This document shows, in pieces, positions 39,580 through 51,229 of a DNA stretch of 64,000 nucleotides (position 1 is its first letter; the number at the start of each line of letters is the position of its first letter). This DNA comes from Gnetum montanum (lineage: Eukaryota; Plantae; Gnetophyta). The DNA lies in the NCBI GenBank assembly GCA_015680685.1, contig MNCI01000614.1:660248-724247 (forward strand). The letters are read 5' to 3'. The notes beneath the pieces were generated by a model. It ran no database searches, was not told where the DNA came from, and saw nothing but the letters and a program-made list of their open reading frames with translations. Made by a program: the position numbers and the translations under genes.

Positions 39580-42139
39580 CCTAAAGAAGACAAATTAATA
39601 GAAGTAAGTGATCCAACTTATCCTACTACAAATGATTTACATGAAAACCATTCATTAGAAGTCCTAGCTCTTAAATATACCCCTAAACTAGACTCTTTCA
39701 TCATCAAATAAATTAATAAAAGAATTATATTCAGTCTACAAATTTTACCTTGCAAAATGTAGAGGTCAATAGAAAATTCTATTGTGAGTTGGGACTATAA
39801 AGAATTCAGTAGCATCATGTTTGAAATGCAAAGGAGAAGAACAACTCCTCCTACCTTGAAATAGGTAGGTTTAAACCCAAAATCCAACTAAGGGTGAGCC
39901 TTAGACTAATAAGTGTCTTAAACATAATAAATTTCATTGTTTCTAAAACAATATTCTTTAAGTACATTGTTCATAAATTAAGGTAGCTACATAGCTTAGT
40001 TTAAGGTAATGTTTATCGGTGTTTAGTTTCTATTAAATACTTACTTGGATGAGTCATTAAGGTGGAAAGGGTGTGTTATATTGGACCTTGTTTCTTCGGT
40101 AGTAAAAGGCATCTATCTATATTAAACCATGTGAGAAACCCTTATAAAATGAAATTGGCTCCCACAAGGACCTCATGATTTAAGTCAATTAGATATTGAA
40201 TTTCTTGCAAAAGAAAAAAAGAAAAAAAAAAGAATTAAAAAAATGAATGATGAGAAAAAAGAGAGTAAAAAGATAATATACAATGCAAGAAATAGTTAAA
40301 ACAAAAAAAAAATAATAACCCCACAAGAACCTTCAATCTTGAGTTGAGCCTCACTCCCACAAGAACCTTATAGTTGGGGTGATGCTCCAAGCTCACAATT
40401 TCAAGCATCCTACAAGAACCCCCTTCTGTAAGCAAAGTGTTTAAAGATTAGGCACCAATCATCAATCTACTCTTGATGCCCCTACCTTAGAACTAGGATA
40501 TAACATTGGTAGCAAAAGTGTCACTCATCCACAATTAGTATGTTAATGGACATCTTCACCTATAATCATTCCTTTCACTTTGTTATGTAGTTACTTTACT
40601 TATGTTTCTTTGTACTTTTTAGACTATTTTTTTCTTTGTTTTTGTTTTGAACTTCTCATATTATTATTTTCTTTTATTTACCTAATTTTTACCTTTTGAT
40701 ATTCCTCTTTTTCATTTCTACGTTATCATACTATTTTTATTCTACATGGTCATCTCATTTGACTAGTGGTATTTTTGTGCATGAGTTTTCTTTGTGTTTT
40801 CCATCATGTCTTCCATAGGTGTTAGTAGTCAAGATCCCTACTATGGTAGCCAATGATGGATACTAACACTTGTTCACCCATTGCCTTTGGTTTCCTCTTA
40901 GTTTGAATATATAAAACCTAGGGCAATTCTTGCTTTTGGTATATCCTTTGATCATGTTTTCTTTTAATAATTTATCTTTGCTAATTAACCTAAGTATGTT
41001 ACATACCTTAGCTTAATTTTGGGGGTGGGAGGGTGTGTGTGTGTGTGTGTGGGGCCCATGGATAACCAAGTAATAAAGGATATTATAGTAGGGTATAACT
41101 AAATTGGAAGCTAAACCAAGAACAAGTTAGCAAATGAGTAAGATGTAAGTAATGTATCTCGAATCCTTAAATCATAAGAGAGGTCTAACCCTTGAGGTTA
41201 TAAGAAATTCGTACACCTAATGAAGCAAACCTTGTGAGGTGATGTTAAGCCCAAGAAATCTTAGGTAGGGTCTTCCTAATCGAGTTCTATGTGGACTCAT
41301 ATCCAAGAATAAGAATTTATCACCAAAAGAAGAATAATCATATATACATAATAAATAATTAATGTTATATTAAGACATTATATATACAATTACATAAACC
41401 ATATAAACATTATAATTTATATGAATATTATATATATTATATAATTTATATAAATATCCTANGTATATATAAATATTAAATTATCAACACTTTCTTATTA
41501 TTTCAACTTTTCTTGTCTTGGAAGAAACTACCATCCGAATTTCACCACTTTGTTTGCACATTAATGAATTTTGAATACGGTTTTGTGTTTTGAAAGGAAA
41601 TTTGAAATTGGGAATTTTATAATCGTTGTGAATTTGGGATGGTATTTTAGACAAGCCACTGACATGTTACGATGGGCCCAATAGTGGAGCAAGGTTGCTA
41701 ACGCTAATGCAATTGTTGTAGTAGTTGTTAGTTAAGCAGCTGGCAACTCTGCCAAAATAGATCTCACGAGCAAACAATTTGAAGGGGAGAAAGAGGAAAA
41801 TGCAGTAGCAGCAGTAGTTGGAGCCAAGAAAGGCAGTAGGAATCCCCCATCATTATCATGATCTTTATCAAGAGCGGCGACATTGGTTGCCCTGCACGTT
41901 TCGGGTGAGCTGTTTCTGAGCGCAAACAGATGGATTCTTCTTATTACTTGTACACATATGCAGAACAGTTGCAATCGAGGATGACGAGGACGACGACTCC
42001 GCTGATCTGTATATCGTAAAACCTCATCACTATCACCGTGGGAACCGCAAGGACCATCTACAGTGAGATTCCACAGTGGAGCAAGGTCATCGGAGGAGTC
42101 AGTGTAAACAGTGGTAGCAGAGCCGCTAAGCCCCACCAG

Positions 42140-42325
42140 AAACAGTAGCACATGCTAGTTTCCATACTGGCAGACTCCCACTTCGTCAGGAAATACATGA
42201 AGGAAAACCAAAAAAGCGTCCATGAACATCAATGTTTGCTTGTTTTGGGACTCAGCTATGCTAGAATCCAATGCCTACAAGGCAATGCAGGGTTGTTTTG
42301 CTGGGTGGACATGAGAAATCTATTG
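42140..42325 (+). pseudogene. ACS: Captured 1-aminocyclopropane-1-carboxylate synthase fragment in LTR
   Basis: MLVSILADSHFVRKYMKENQK...LLVLGLSYARIQCLQGNAGLFCWVDMRNLL matches the conserved ACS region (L.SML.D..F...Y..EN..RL...GI.CL..NAGLFCWVDMR.LL). Confidence 0.85.
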
Positions 42326-42555
42326 CTGTTGCAAGTGCCAGACAAAATTCCATTGGGAGCAAGGCACTAGCCTTCAAAGATTTAGTGGTATTTGACGATC
42401 TGGTAATGCAGGGGCCAAAGAACACGTCTCATGCTCTTAGCAAAGCCCAAGGAATGTACGCAAACATAGGGCACAAATCGCCTTTACCTGGCAAACATAG
42501 ATCTATCAGTTATTGGCGGCACCAATGCCTTCAGCTTTGACCATGGCATTGCCTC
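42319..42555 (+). pseudogene. DIR: Captured dirigent-protein fragment (internally deleted) in LTR
   Basis: AFKDLVVFDDLVMQGPKNTSHALSKAQGMY resembles FG.lvVFDDp.t.gp...S..lGrAQGmY; in another frame DLSVIGGTNAFSFDHGIA resembles dlsVvGGTG.F..ArGiA. Confidence 0.75.
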
Positions 42556-42659
42556 ATGCAATCACATCTAAGGTCATTAGAATCAGGCTCTATTTTTAGC
42601 ATGAATGACTGCAGCAGGGTTAGAATTTCTCATACATTTCTGTTGGTGGTGGAAGACTA

Positions 42660-42750
42660 CCCAGTTTGGCAGATCAATCCGAACCAGATCCACGGTTGGA
42701 AGGGGCTATGCCTGGATATCAAGAATGGTAATGACAGCAATAGGGCTAGC
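42660..42750 (+). pseudogene. Possible ricin-B-type lectin fragment in LTR
   Basis: QIHGWKGLCLDIKNGNDSNRA resembles the I.G..GLC.DV..G...G motif of ricin-B repeats; short match only. Confidence 0.5.
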
Positions 42751-43517
42751 TTGTCATCTTTTTTGCAGGAAAAATCAACACCTATGTGGGGCATCACATA
42801 CATCTCTTTTGCTGCTTCTCTTAGAATCCATATTAATTTAAAATATTAGAAAGCCAAAATTAGCGGTACCCATTTTAACAAATCAGTATTAGGTTTTACA
42901 TATATTATTATATGTATTTATTTTTAAGCCTTGTTGCAGTATAAATAAGGCATCATTTGTGTATCATTGAAGGGGGCATTCATCATGCACAAAAGGAGAG
43001 AACACATTGTATATATACTAAAAAAAATTTCATTTCTTTTGAAAAAACAAGAGAGGAGGAGTTGATACCAGTAAATTCCACATCAAATTGGAATTAATTG
43101 TTCTTGAGATTTTTGTTGAAGATTTGTTGAGCCTTGTGACAATTCTTGTAATTCATCATCAAAATTGTTGCATTGTGGAGACAACAAGGTGGGATTGCAA
43201 TTTAGGGAAGTCTCCTTTGTGATCTTCAATTATTATTCATAATTTTAATTTGATTTAATTATAAATCTTTATTCTTGAACTTGTGATTAGAAGTTAGGAT
43301 AAAAGTTTATAATTTTACTTATGACTGATAGGCATAAGTGTGGAATTTAATTGAATTCAATTCTAACTATTTATTATCTTAATGATTTTTTTAACTTTTT
43401 AACCATTCCTCCACAAGATACGACTCGCGGGTCAATCACAGACGAGGTGACAATCTCTAGAACAAGGAAAAAATAAATTTTAAAGGTATTCAACACCAAA
43501 TTTTTCCTAGCTCGTCA

Positions 43518-45535
43518 GTGGGCAAACTAGGGATTCTCAAATTCATGGACATGATCAGAATGGGACATCAATAGCTAAATGGGATTAACACCAACCAGAC
43601 ACAATGGATCTAAATTATGCACAACAAATATCAACACTAGATAGTGGCTCCTCATGATTCGTTACTTTGGTGCTCACTTTTCCATCATGCGTAGAACATG
43701 ACACAGCTGGGTTTGATTACAGTACCATCTTGCCTCATTATATGCATCAATATCCTACAATGTCTAGTTGGTTGCCAATCTAGCATGGTAGATTACCAGA
43801 CAAGGTAAAGATGTTCTTGTGGTTAGTTAACCATGTTGCTCTTCCTATGCAAGTTGACTTGAAGAGACCAAGTTTGAACTTGGACAACAAGTGTCCCTCA
43901 TGTAATCAACTACCTAAAACATAGTGCCACTTTGCTTTTGAATGCACTTTTAGTAGGGAAACATGGTACATTGTTGTAATCTCCCCACCCATACATTTTG
44001 ATGATGACTCGAAGGCCACTATGATATTGTGGTCTTTGTGGTAGTCACACAATCACCTTATTTTTAGACAAGTGGCTTTATTACCACCTACGCAAGTTGT
44101 TGCAGAGGGAGTGAGGTTGTGACAAGAAGCTACAGTTGGAATGGTGGTGACTCCAACTTTCAAACCTTCCTACGCTAAGTTTTAGGAAATGCTTGAGTTG
44201 TGGGACCTAGTTATGCATGTTAGGTGGGCTAATTTCCTCCCATTGCTAGTGGGAGATTTGGCTTTGTCAAATAGTGAGTTTTTGCTAATTGGAAAAATGA
44301 CTGTACCACATTTCATGGGGTTCAAATTGAACTCACTGAAGAAGCATTGGTGAGAGTTCTAGGTGTGCTAGTCTCTAGCGAAGTTGTGCTACCAATAAAC
44401 AAAGGCTTGCAAGATGCAAAGGCCTTCTTCACCAAGCCTATGCCACAAACTACAAGCCAACAAGTGCCTAAATCAACATTGCCCTCACTATGGCAACATG
44501 TAGTGGAGTTGATTGAATGTTTTATCATTTAGACTGGTAATGTTTGAAAATTATAGGGGGCTTACTTTACACTCCTTAAATGTTTGATCATGGGACAGAT
44601 GATGAACATTCTTAGGTTTTTTCTGAACTCCCTAAGATGTCAGTGATTAGGGAGACCCTCAGGTCTTATTCTTTCCTTATGGAGGGTGGTTGGGTTGGCA
44701 CCTATGATGCAGAATCCTATTCAAGCCTATAGCTCTATCTATATTAGATAGAGGTAGCCATAGGTGGTTGTTGTTGCTCAAATGCCTCTAAGTTGGCTAG
44801 TGGTGGTGCTAGGAGAAGCCCAACATTCTAAGGAGGAAATGATAGAGACTGATGTTGGGTAAAGATCAAAAGGAAGTTAGGAGCTATCCACCTTGTAGAA
44901 TAGGATTGATGTGGCTATGGAAGAGGCCACCTCTTAGGCATGGGAAAAGGAGTGAAGGATATGGGAGGCAAAGTGGGAAGCTAGGAAAGAGGCCTTTTAG
45001 TGGTAGTTGTAATAGATGGAGCTCCAGCACCAAGAAATGGTTGAGGTACTTCAATGGTAAAGGGAAGTGGAGAACATGACTATTAGGGCTATGTTGAAAG
45101 AAGGACTCCACAAAGGATTGAAGAAAGAGCTTCAACAAGAGGAGCTCTTTAGAAAAACGCTAGAACATGAAGAGAAAATTCAAAGGGAAAATTGAGCAGA
45201 GGGAGAATGAAGTGTTATGACAGCAACTTGATCAAGCACATGAGCAAAACACAATCACCTAGCTATAGGAGGGGAAATGATCCTATGTCAAAATGCAAAT
45301 CAATCATAACTCCTCCTGGCAAGAGCTCAAATGGTGCATCTAGCTTGCATTGGTAAAACTCCATTTGAATGGTAGGGGCAATGTGCCTACCAGGGTGTGT
45401 AAGGCTGAGGCCTTTAAGATTTTTTAGCAAGTAGCTACCTTTGTGGATTTTGAGGAACATCATGCTCTACTGGACACTCTCCACTTGCAACCGAGGCCTA
45501 ACTGCATATGCGTGCATCTACCTTAGCATTTCTGA
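43518..45535 (+). pseudogene. L1 ORF2 C-terminal part: zf-RVT followed in frame by an extra domain and coiled coil
   Basis: LPDKVKMFLWLVNHVALP...CPSCNQLPKT*CHFAFEC; ILWSLW*SHNHLIF continues in frame to LWDLVMHVRWANFLPLLVGDL. Confidence 0.85.
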
Positions 45536-46479
45536 TGGGAGGGGTGTTTTGCTTTTGCTATTAGTTTTTTTATTCTTTTGTGTGTCTATTTCAAGTATGC
45601 CCTACTTGGATGGTTGGGTGTGTGTTTTAACTTTTTCTTTTTGCTTGTGGTTGAGTGTAGAAGGGACATGAGAATGTGCTTTTGGTTTTGGTGTGCATGG
45701 TTGGGAAAGAAAGTTTTCCAGGTCAGTGAATGGAGAGAGGTTTGGGGGTTGACAACCATCCCAATTTTTGGGTTTTAGATAGTTACATTGGGGTTTCTCT
45801 CCCCTAGTTTTCTTGTAAATATACCACAATTTTTATTTTTTAATATACTCCTAAAAAGTTTCTTAAAAAAATACAAGGGACAATCATCATAAAAGCACTA
45901 AAAATTCTGATTTTAAGCTAACAAATTAAGTGAACTATATGAGCTCAATTACAAAATAAAAAGGGAAGACAAAGATTGAAATGTATCAAGCTTGACCACC
46001 ATGTTGGATTAACATGGTTCCAAACTTTTGAAATCTTTATTTTCAAATTTTACAACCCTTATGTTTTCACATTGAGAAAAATGTAGGCTTGAACAAAGAA
46101 CCATTTAACAATGAGTTGGGACAAGGAAACTCTCTTAATAATCTCCCTAAAACTAATTATGAAAATGATCAACAAACAAAACATGTACTTTTCATTATGC
46201 ACAAGATACCAAAAATCATCAATATGCATAATTTCTTTTTATTTATAAATTAGTACTTAATGGGCCCTTTGGCCATCTAGATGGCATACTCCAAGTCCCT
46301 CCAACCCTACAACATATTGTAGCCCACACAAGAAGAACACTAGAGTTAGATAAATTGCTGGCAAGTAATACCATGAAGCTCTTCCAAGGACTAATACCTT
46401 GTAGCCTACACAAGAATTCACTAGTTTTGGATAGAATGATGAGGGGCATTCCTTAATAATTATCACAAAAACATTAAAT

Positions 46480-47480
46480 ACGTAAGTTCATGGTAGAAAA
46501 TGCTAACTCATAAACCCAATGCATGTATGCCGAATATCAAATTTATGACTTCTAAAAGATCATTTGCATGACTCACAACTCACAAGAAATCCCATATGCC
46601 CTATAGAAATAATCCTAAACTTGTCCAAACTAAGATAAAAAACACCTCTTGATAGTTAGAATGAAACAATGGTTTAGAGTACATACCTTTATGAATGGGC
46701 TAATTTGTTTGAGAAAGAAGAACACACTTCAAGCTTGGATTGTTATCCAATTAGCAACCTTAATGATTAGGTTAAATTTTTTCCCAACTAATAGCCTCAA
46801 GAATCAAAAAGCAAGTCATAATAAGAAGCCCAAGGTGCAACCAAAAGACTTAAGGAAAACTAGAGAATAACTATCCCTAGCATCAACTATAATAGACTCA
46901 AAATCAAGCACTAATAGCACCAAGGTCAACCTCTTATGTCTTCAAAAAAAGCTCACAAAGATCACTAAGATAGGTCTAATACTTGGTCCAAAAGGCAAGG
47001 TAGGAATAACCTCACACATGCTCCTCTCATCCTCTCCTCTATTCCTCACACTAAACTAGCAAAGTCTTTCCTCACTTCTCAAAATGTGAAAATATGAGAC
47101 TGCCCTCTATTTATAGGATGAAGGAGACCCCAAGGCTTAGGCAAATACTTGTGCGTAAACGTTTACACAATGGGTAACTATTAGGCATCACATCCTTCAA
47201 AAATCTCTTTTTTTTATTCATGTCATGATAACCACTTGACTTGAACAAGCGAGCTTATGAGAAAGTAGATATGTGAGAGTGGAAACACTCAAGAGAGTCA
47301 CATACCAAAAATTTATAATATATACAATAACTGTTGATGGAGAGTGTTTGAAGAAACACATATTTCTTTTTGGAGAGACTTTGGGTGTAAATTTAAAATA
47401 AAAAATATGCACATCATATCCACATATCCCAAAAATATGGGGAGAGAGCATCTTCCCTCATCTTAAAAATGGGGGTTACA
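46480..47480 (-). mobile_element. Probable LTR fragment or solo LTR (boundaries uncertain)
   Basis: Minus strand starts TGTAACCCCC at 47480; CCTATAAATAGAGGG TATA-like motif at ~47103-47117 followed by a GA-rich leader. Left end not identified. Confidence 0.45.
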
Positions 47481-47559
47481 GTCCCCCTTCCCACTCATCG
47501 CACTCACCAAAATTCTCCTAGAGAATTTAGAAAATAAGAAAAATCAAGAAAACAAAACA

Positions 47560-50165
47560 TGTGTTTTATCCAAACCCAAGTCACAACCCAACAAAAGATG
47601 CCCCACCCACAAACAACCTAAAGACACATTGGTAGCAGCGAGCACTTGTAGCAGCATTGCTCTTGGCTTTGAACTATATCCAAAATAGCCCTATTATGCT
47701 CGGTGGCAACAAATGTTGTTTCTTGCTAAAATTCTTTAAAGCTCACTTCCTTCATTGCACACTCCATGGCACTTTCCTCTCCATCTAGATGTAGCTTTTG
47801 ACTTTGATGTTGGATATGCCTCTAGAGCACAGCCCAAGGCACACTTGGTCTGATGTCTAGAATGATGTAGGGGCATCTCCCCTCCTATATCCATGAACAT
47901 GCATGATCTTCATGGGCTTGGTCCAATCTCTCCTAGATCTTTGCCTCCTCCTACTCCTCTTCCTCTCACCATTGGCACTGCTTCCTTGCCTGCTCCTCTT
48001 AGAGCCTAGCCTTTGCCTAGGGCTCTTCTCGAATCTCCTATTCGAGCTCATATTCCAGCTCCTATCTAGCTACCACCTCTACCAAGTCATGATACATGCT
48101 TTTTTCCCTCACTACCTCCTCATAGTAGTGAGTTAGCCATTCTAGCTCCTACTGGAACTACTTCTCACATTGTCTCATTTGCTTTGCCCAAATCGTGCAC
48201 TCTTCCATCCATCCACATTATATCATCTTTGATCCTATCAGTAGCCCCACCATCCTTGAAGTTTCCCCTTCTTCATCCCTCCTCCCTAACTTAGTTAGAG
48301 ATCCAACCCCTTAAGGTCCCTCCAATCCTTCCCAAGGATGTGATGACTTCCCCACTTCAGACTGCCCAACAACCCCCAATCCGATCTCCCCTCCGAAGCG
48401 GCCTCCTCTAACTTACTTGAATTAGTAGAAATGTCAAACACAAATGGTGGAACACACTACCTTCATTGTAACTTATACATGGCCTGCACTATTGGAGCCC
48501 TAGGTGGCACTGGGGCCCCTCTTGGTGGTGATCATTCCCTCACTTCCTACCAAAGTGTGAGAATAAGCCCTAAATGGATTCCCTCCCTCCTTCGATGCAA
48601 CACCTCCAAAATGTAATGAGGCAGGTTCACAACAAACCCCCTTTGAAGGCAACATAGGAAGCTAAAATGCACCCCTAGCAACTTCCACACATTGCCTGAG
48701 TGAATGAAAAATTGATCCACAAGCATTGTAGCACCTAGCCACATAGGTTCCAAAGCCAACTTGGTGACCTACTTACTACTTGTCTTGGAAACCATCCTTG
48801 GGAAAAACTCTAGTGCATCCTACAACCCTCTCTCCCATGACATCACATTTTTCCCTTTCATTGGTACCTATACATACTTGGCGATGGTAGCCTTGATGAG
48901 CTCAATTCTCACCCCCCAAAATAAAGTAATGTGCCCAGGCCAATTATTATAAAATATCCCATCATCCAAGTCAAGGTCCCCACAAAGTTGTTCCAACATT
49001 GAGGCCCAACCCACCTTGTCCACCAGATGCCAAATAATGGGATTAGCTTGATAATCTTCACAAGATAGTTCAAAAGTTAGGGTCATCCCCATCGTAACTT
49101 GTGTTTCCCTCCATGCCCAAAAACCTTCAGTTTCCACCTACGTCAGTAATGGTGGAGTAATGTCCTAAAAAATTTAGTAATTTCTAGTTATCCATAGCTA
49201 CCAAAGTATTGTTGCAACAAGTGAGTCTCTGTCCAATGTAATCAACAATGGAATAGCTTGCCACACCCACATCGAATAAGTACATTACCATGCAAAATGC
49301 TCCACCATCTCCTCCCCCAATATGTAAAGGGGACATGTGGCATTCACCTATAACCCCTGTCTTTTTAGCATGTTCCGCATAGGGAGAGCACCATGCCCAA
49401 TCAACCATACAAAAATTTTAATTTTTTCAGGGAGCTTTCCCAATCATAATTGCTACCACCCCTTGACAGCAAGGTACTTATGTTTAATTAACTACATCAA
49501 TTACTTATTTAGGAGCCCCAACGGTAAAATCCTCCACATGTGTGATACTAAAGAGTGCCAAACATTTGAATCACTGCATGATGCCTTCTAATACTGATAC
49601 TTATGATGCATAATTTGAATCCACTGGGTCAAGTAAAGGTCTTGATCACATAACTACCTCAGCAATCCCTGAAGCCCCATGGCTAGGACATCAACAAAAT
49701 GTAGCAATCCCAAACCTCCCCCCTACTTTGATCTGTCCATGATAGCCCATGCAACCAAATGCATCCAACCATCCCCTTTACCCCCCAACCACATGAAATT
49801 CTAAATAATGCAGTTAATTTTCTCCATAACTTTAATTGGAGTGGAGGAAGTAGATGCCATGAATCTAACCATAGCCTAAAGAACCAATGAAGTTAGAACT
49901 AACCTCCCTATATGGCAAAGAAACTGAGTAGTTTAGTGACTAACTCTTTCTAGCATTCTTTTGATAAGGCTTTCCTAGACACATCTTTTATGCCAATCAT
50001 ACAATGGTAATCCAAGGTAGGTATCTTCCTTGGACCCCAATGAAACCCCTAGCAACTTGAAAATTCTCCTCTACACCATCTACTCAACATTAAGGAGATG
50101 CACCATGGATTTACCTCTGTTGACCTCTAGTTCAATCTTTTCGGCCATTCGAAGCAGAGCTCAGT
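47560..50165 (-). mobile_element. 5'-truncated L1-clade LINE (copy C): end of RT, zf-RVT, extra domain
   Basis: TYLGLPL; GRLVLTSLVL; NFMWLGG...HLVAWAIM...GGGLG; LPEKIKIFVWLIGHGALP; ORFs 48868-49137 and 48547-48759 are homologous to copies A and B. Confidence 0.85.
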
Positions 50166-51229
50166 CAACAATAATAACTTAAGGAACTATAACCCTAGTG
50201 AATAGAAACACATTTTAATTGTGTTAAATGTATTGTTATTACTAAACTAGAAACATAATTGTATAATGGTATCGTAAATTCAAAACATTTTAATTTTTAA
50301 GAATAATAAACATAATAGTTATAGTGTAGTATTTGTTAATATTAAGCATAACTGTAACTTTATAACAAGAGAACATATGCTTATTTAAATTGTAGTTTCT
50401 TAAGGAAAAAATCTCATGCCAACTTTAGGTCAAGAGGTAGATGATATTGTGTGGCCATTATCAAAAGATCTCAAACAAGTAGTTATCATGGTAGCATCCA
50501 CATTATGAAATAAAGGAAGGAATGTAGATCTCGTTCTTATGAAAAATGATCAAAATGGGATTTTTTATTGGGCTCTCAATATTTAGCATTTCTATCATGT
50601 GCCAGTAAAGTCCATGATTATTTAAAAATAAGTGCTTTCTTATTACTATCATATATAATCCAAATGAACAAGGTTACTACTTAGTGCATTGTGTTATTCC
50701 ATCACATGTTGCATAAAAAAAATATTATCCTCTTTAGGTTCTCTAACTAATAAAGGAGCAATGCTTAGGTTCCAAGGCACTCAGGTTATTACTTTTGTGC
50801 TCCTCTAACTAGCCATGAGGGTGATTCTTTCCACACATAAATATTAGGGTGAGAAAAGCATCGAACTTACTTTTCAAGCTAAAGTGGTATCTACAAAACC
50901 TTTGATAAAGTTATTGTCAACTGTTTAACCCTAAAGCATGTTGACATGGGTGGCATGATCCACTTGAGTCCACACAGTTGAGAATAGATACAAGCTTTTA
51001 TTCTATTATTTGTAATAAGGGTTTGAATATTATTGGACACTTTCATTGTCACTTGAGACAACGACATTTATAGTAATTGGATTTTGACCTATCTCTGTAG
51101 GTTTTATATTTTGTTATTAGATGTTTCATGTTGTTAGAAATTGTTTACTAGTTGTTTTGATTATTTAGTAACTACATAATTTTCTATTCCTATAATGGTG
51201 GAAAAACATGATCATGGTAGCAATGTATA

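Larger units (their letters stand above)
24239..43517 (+). mobile_element. Near-complete Athila-type Ty3/gypsy element 'Y' with ~2.5-3 kb LTRs, inserted into L1 copy B
   Basis: TG start at 24239 and CA end at 43517, flanked by TSD GTGGG (24234-24238, 43518-43522); two homologous LTRs; PBS; gag-PR-RT-RH-INT order. Confidence 0.92.
41034..43517 (+). repeat. 3' LTR of Y (left boundary uncertain)
   Basis: PPT-like GGGGGTGGGAGGG at 41021-41033 followed by a (TG)n run; clear LTR homology from ~41465 to CTCGTCA at 43517. Confidence 0.8.
16604..45871 (+). mobile_element. Near full-length L1-clade LINE (copy B) split into three pieces: 16604-19932, ~24000-24238, 43518-45871
   Basis: ORF1 and ORF2 motifs in order; frame WDTMAWLKEVG|KLGILKFMD rejoins across the element-Y insertion (TSD GTGGG); A-rich end at 45865-45871; candidate TSD ACAAGGGA at 16594-16601 and 45873-45880. 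Confidence 0.85.

Noticed and set aside
42152-42849. Functional ACS or dirigent genes
   Set aside because: Only short internal fragments, with stops or frameshifts in one or both LTR copies.
47481-47560. PPT and internal end of a Tekay-like element joined to L1 copy C
   Set aside because: GGGAAGGGGGAC could equally be L1 3' UTR interrupted by an LTR; no matching TSD or other LTR end was found, so it is left unresolved.
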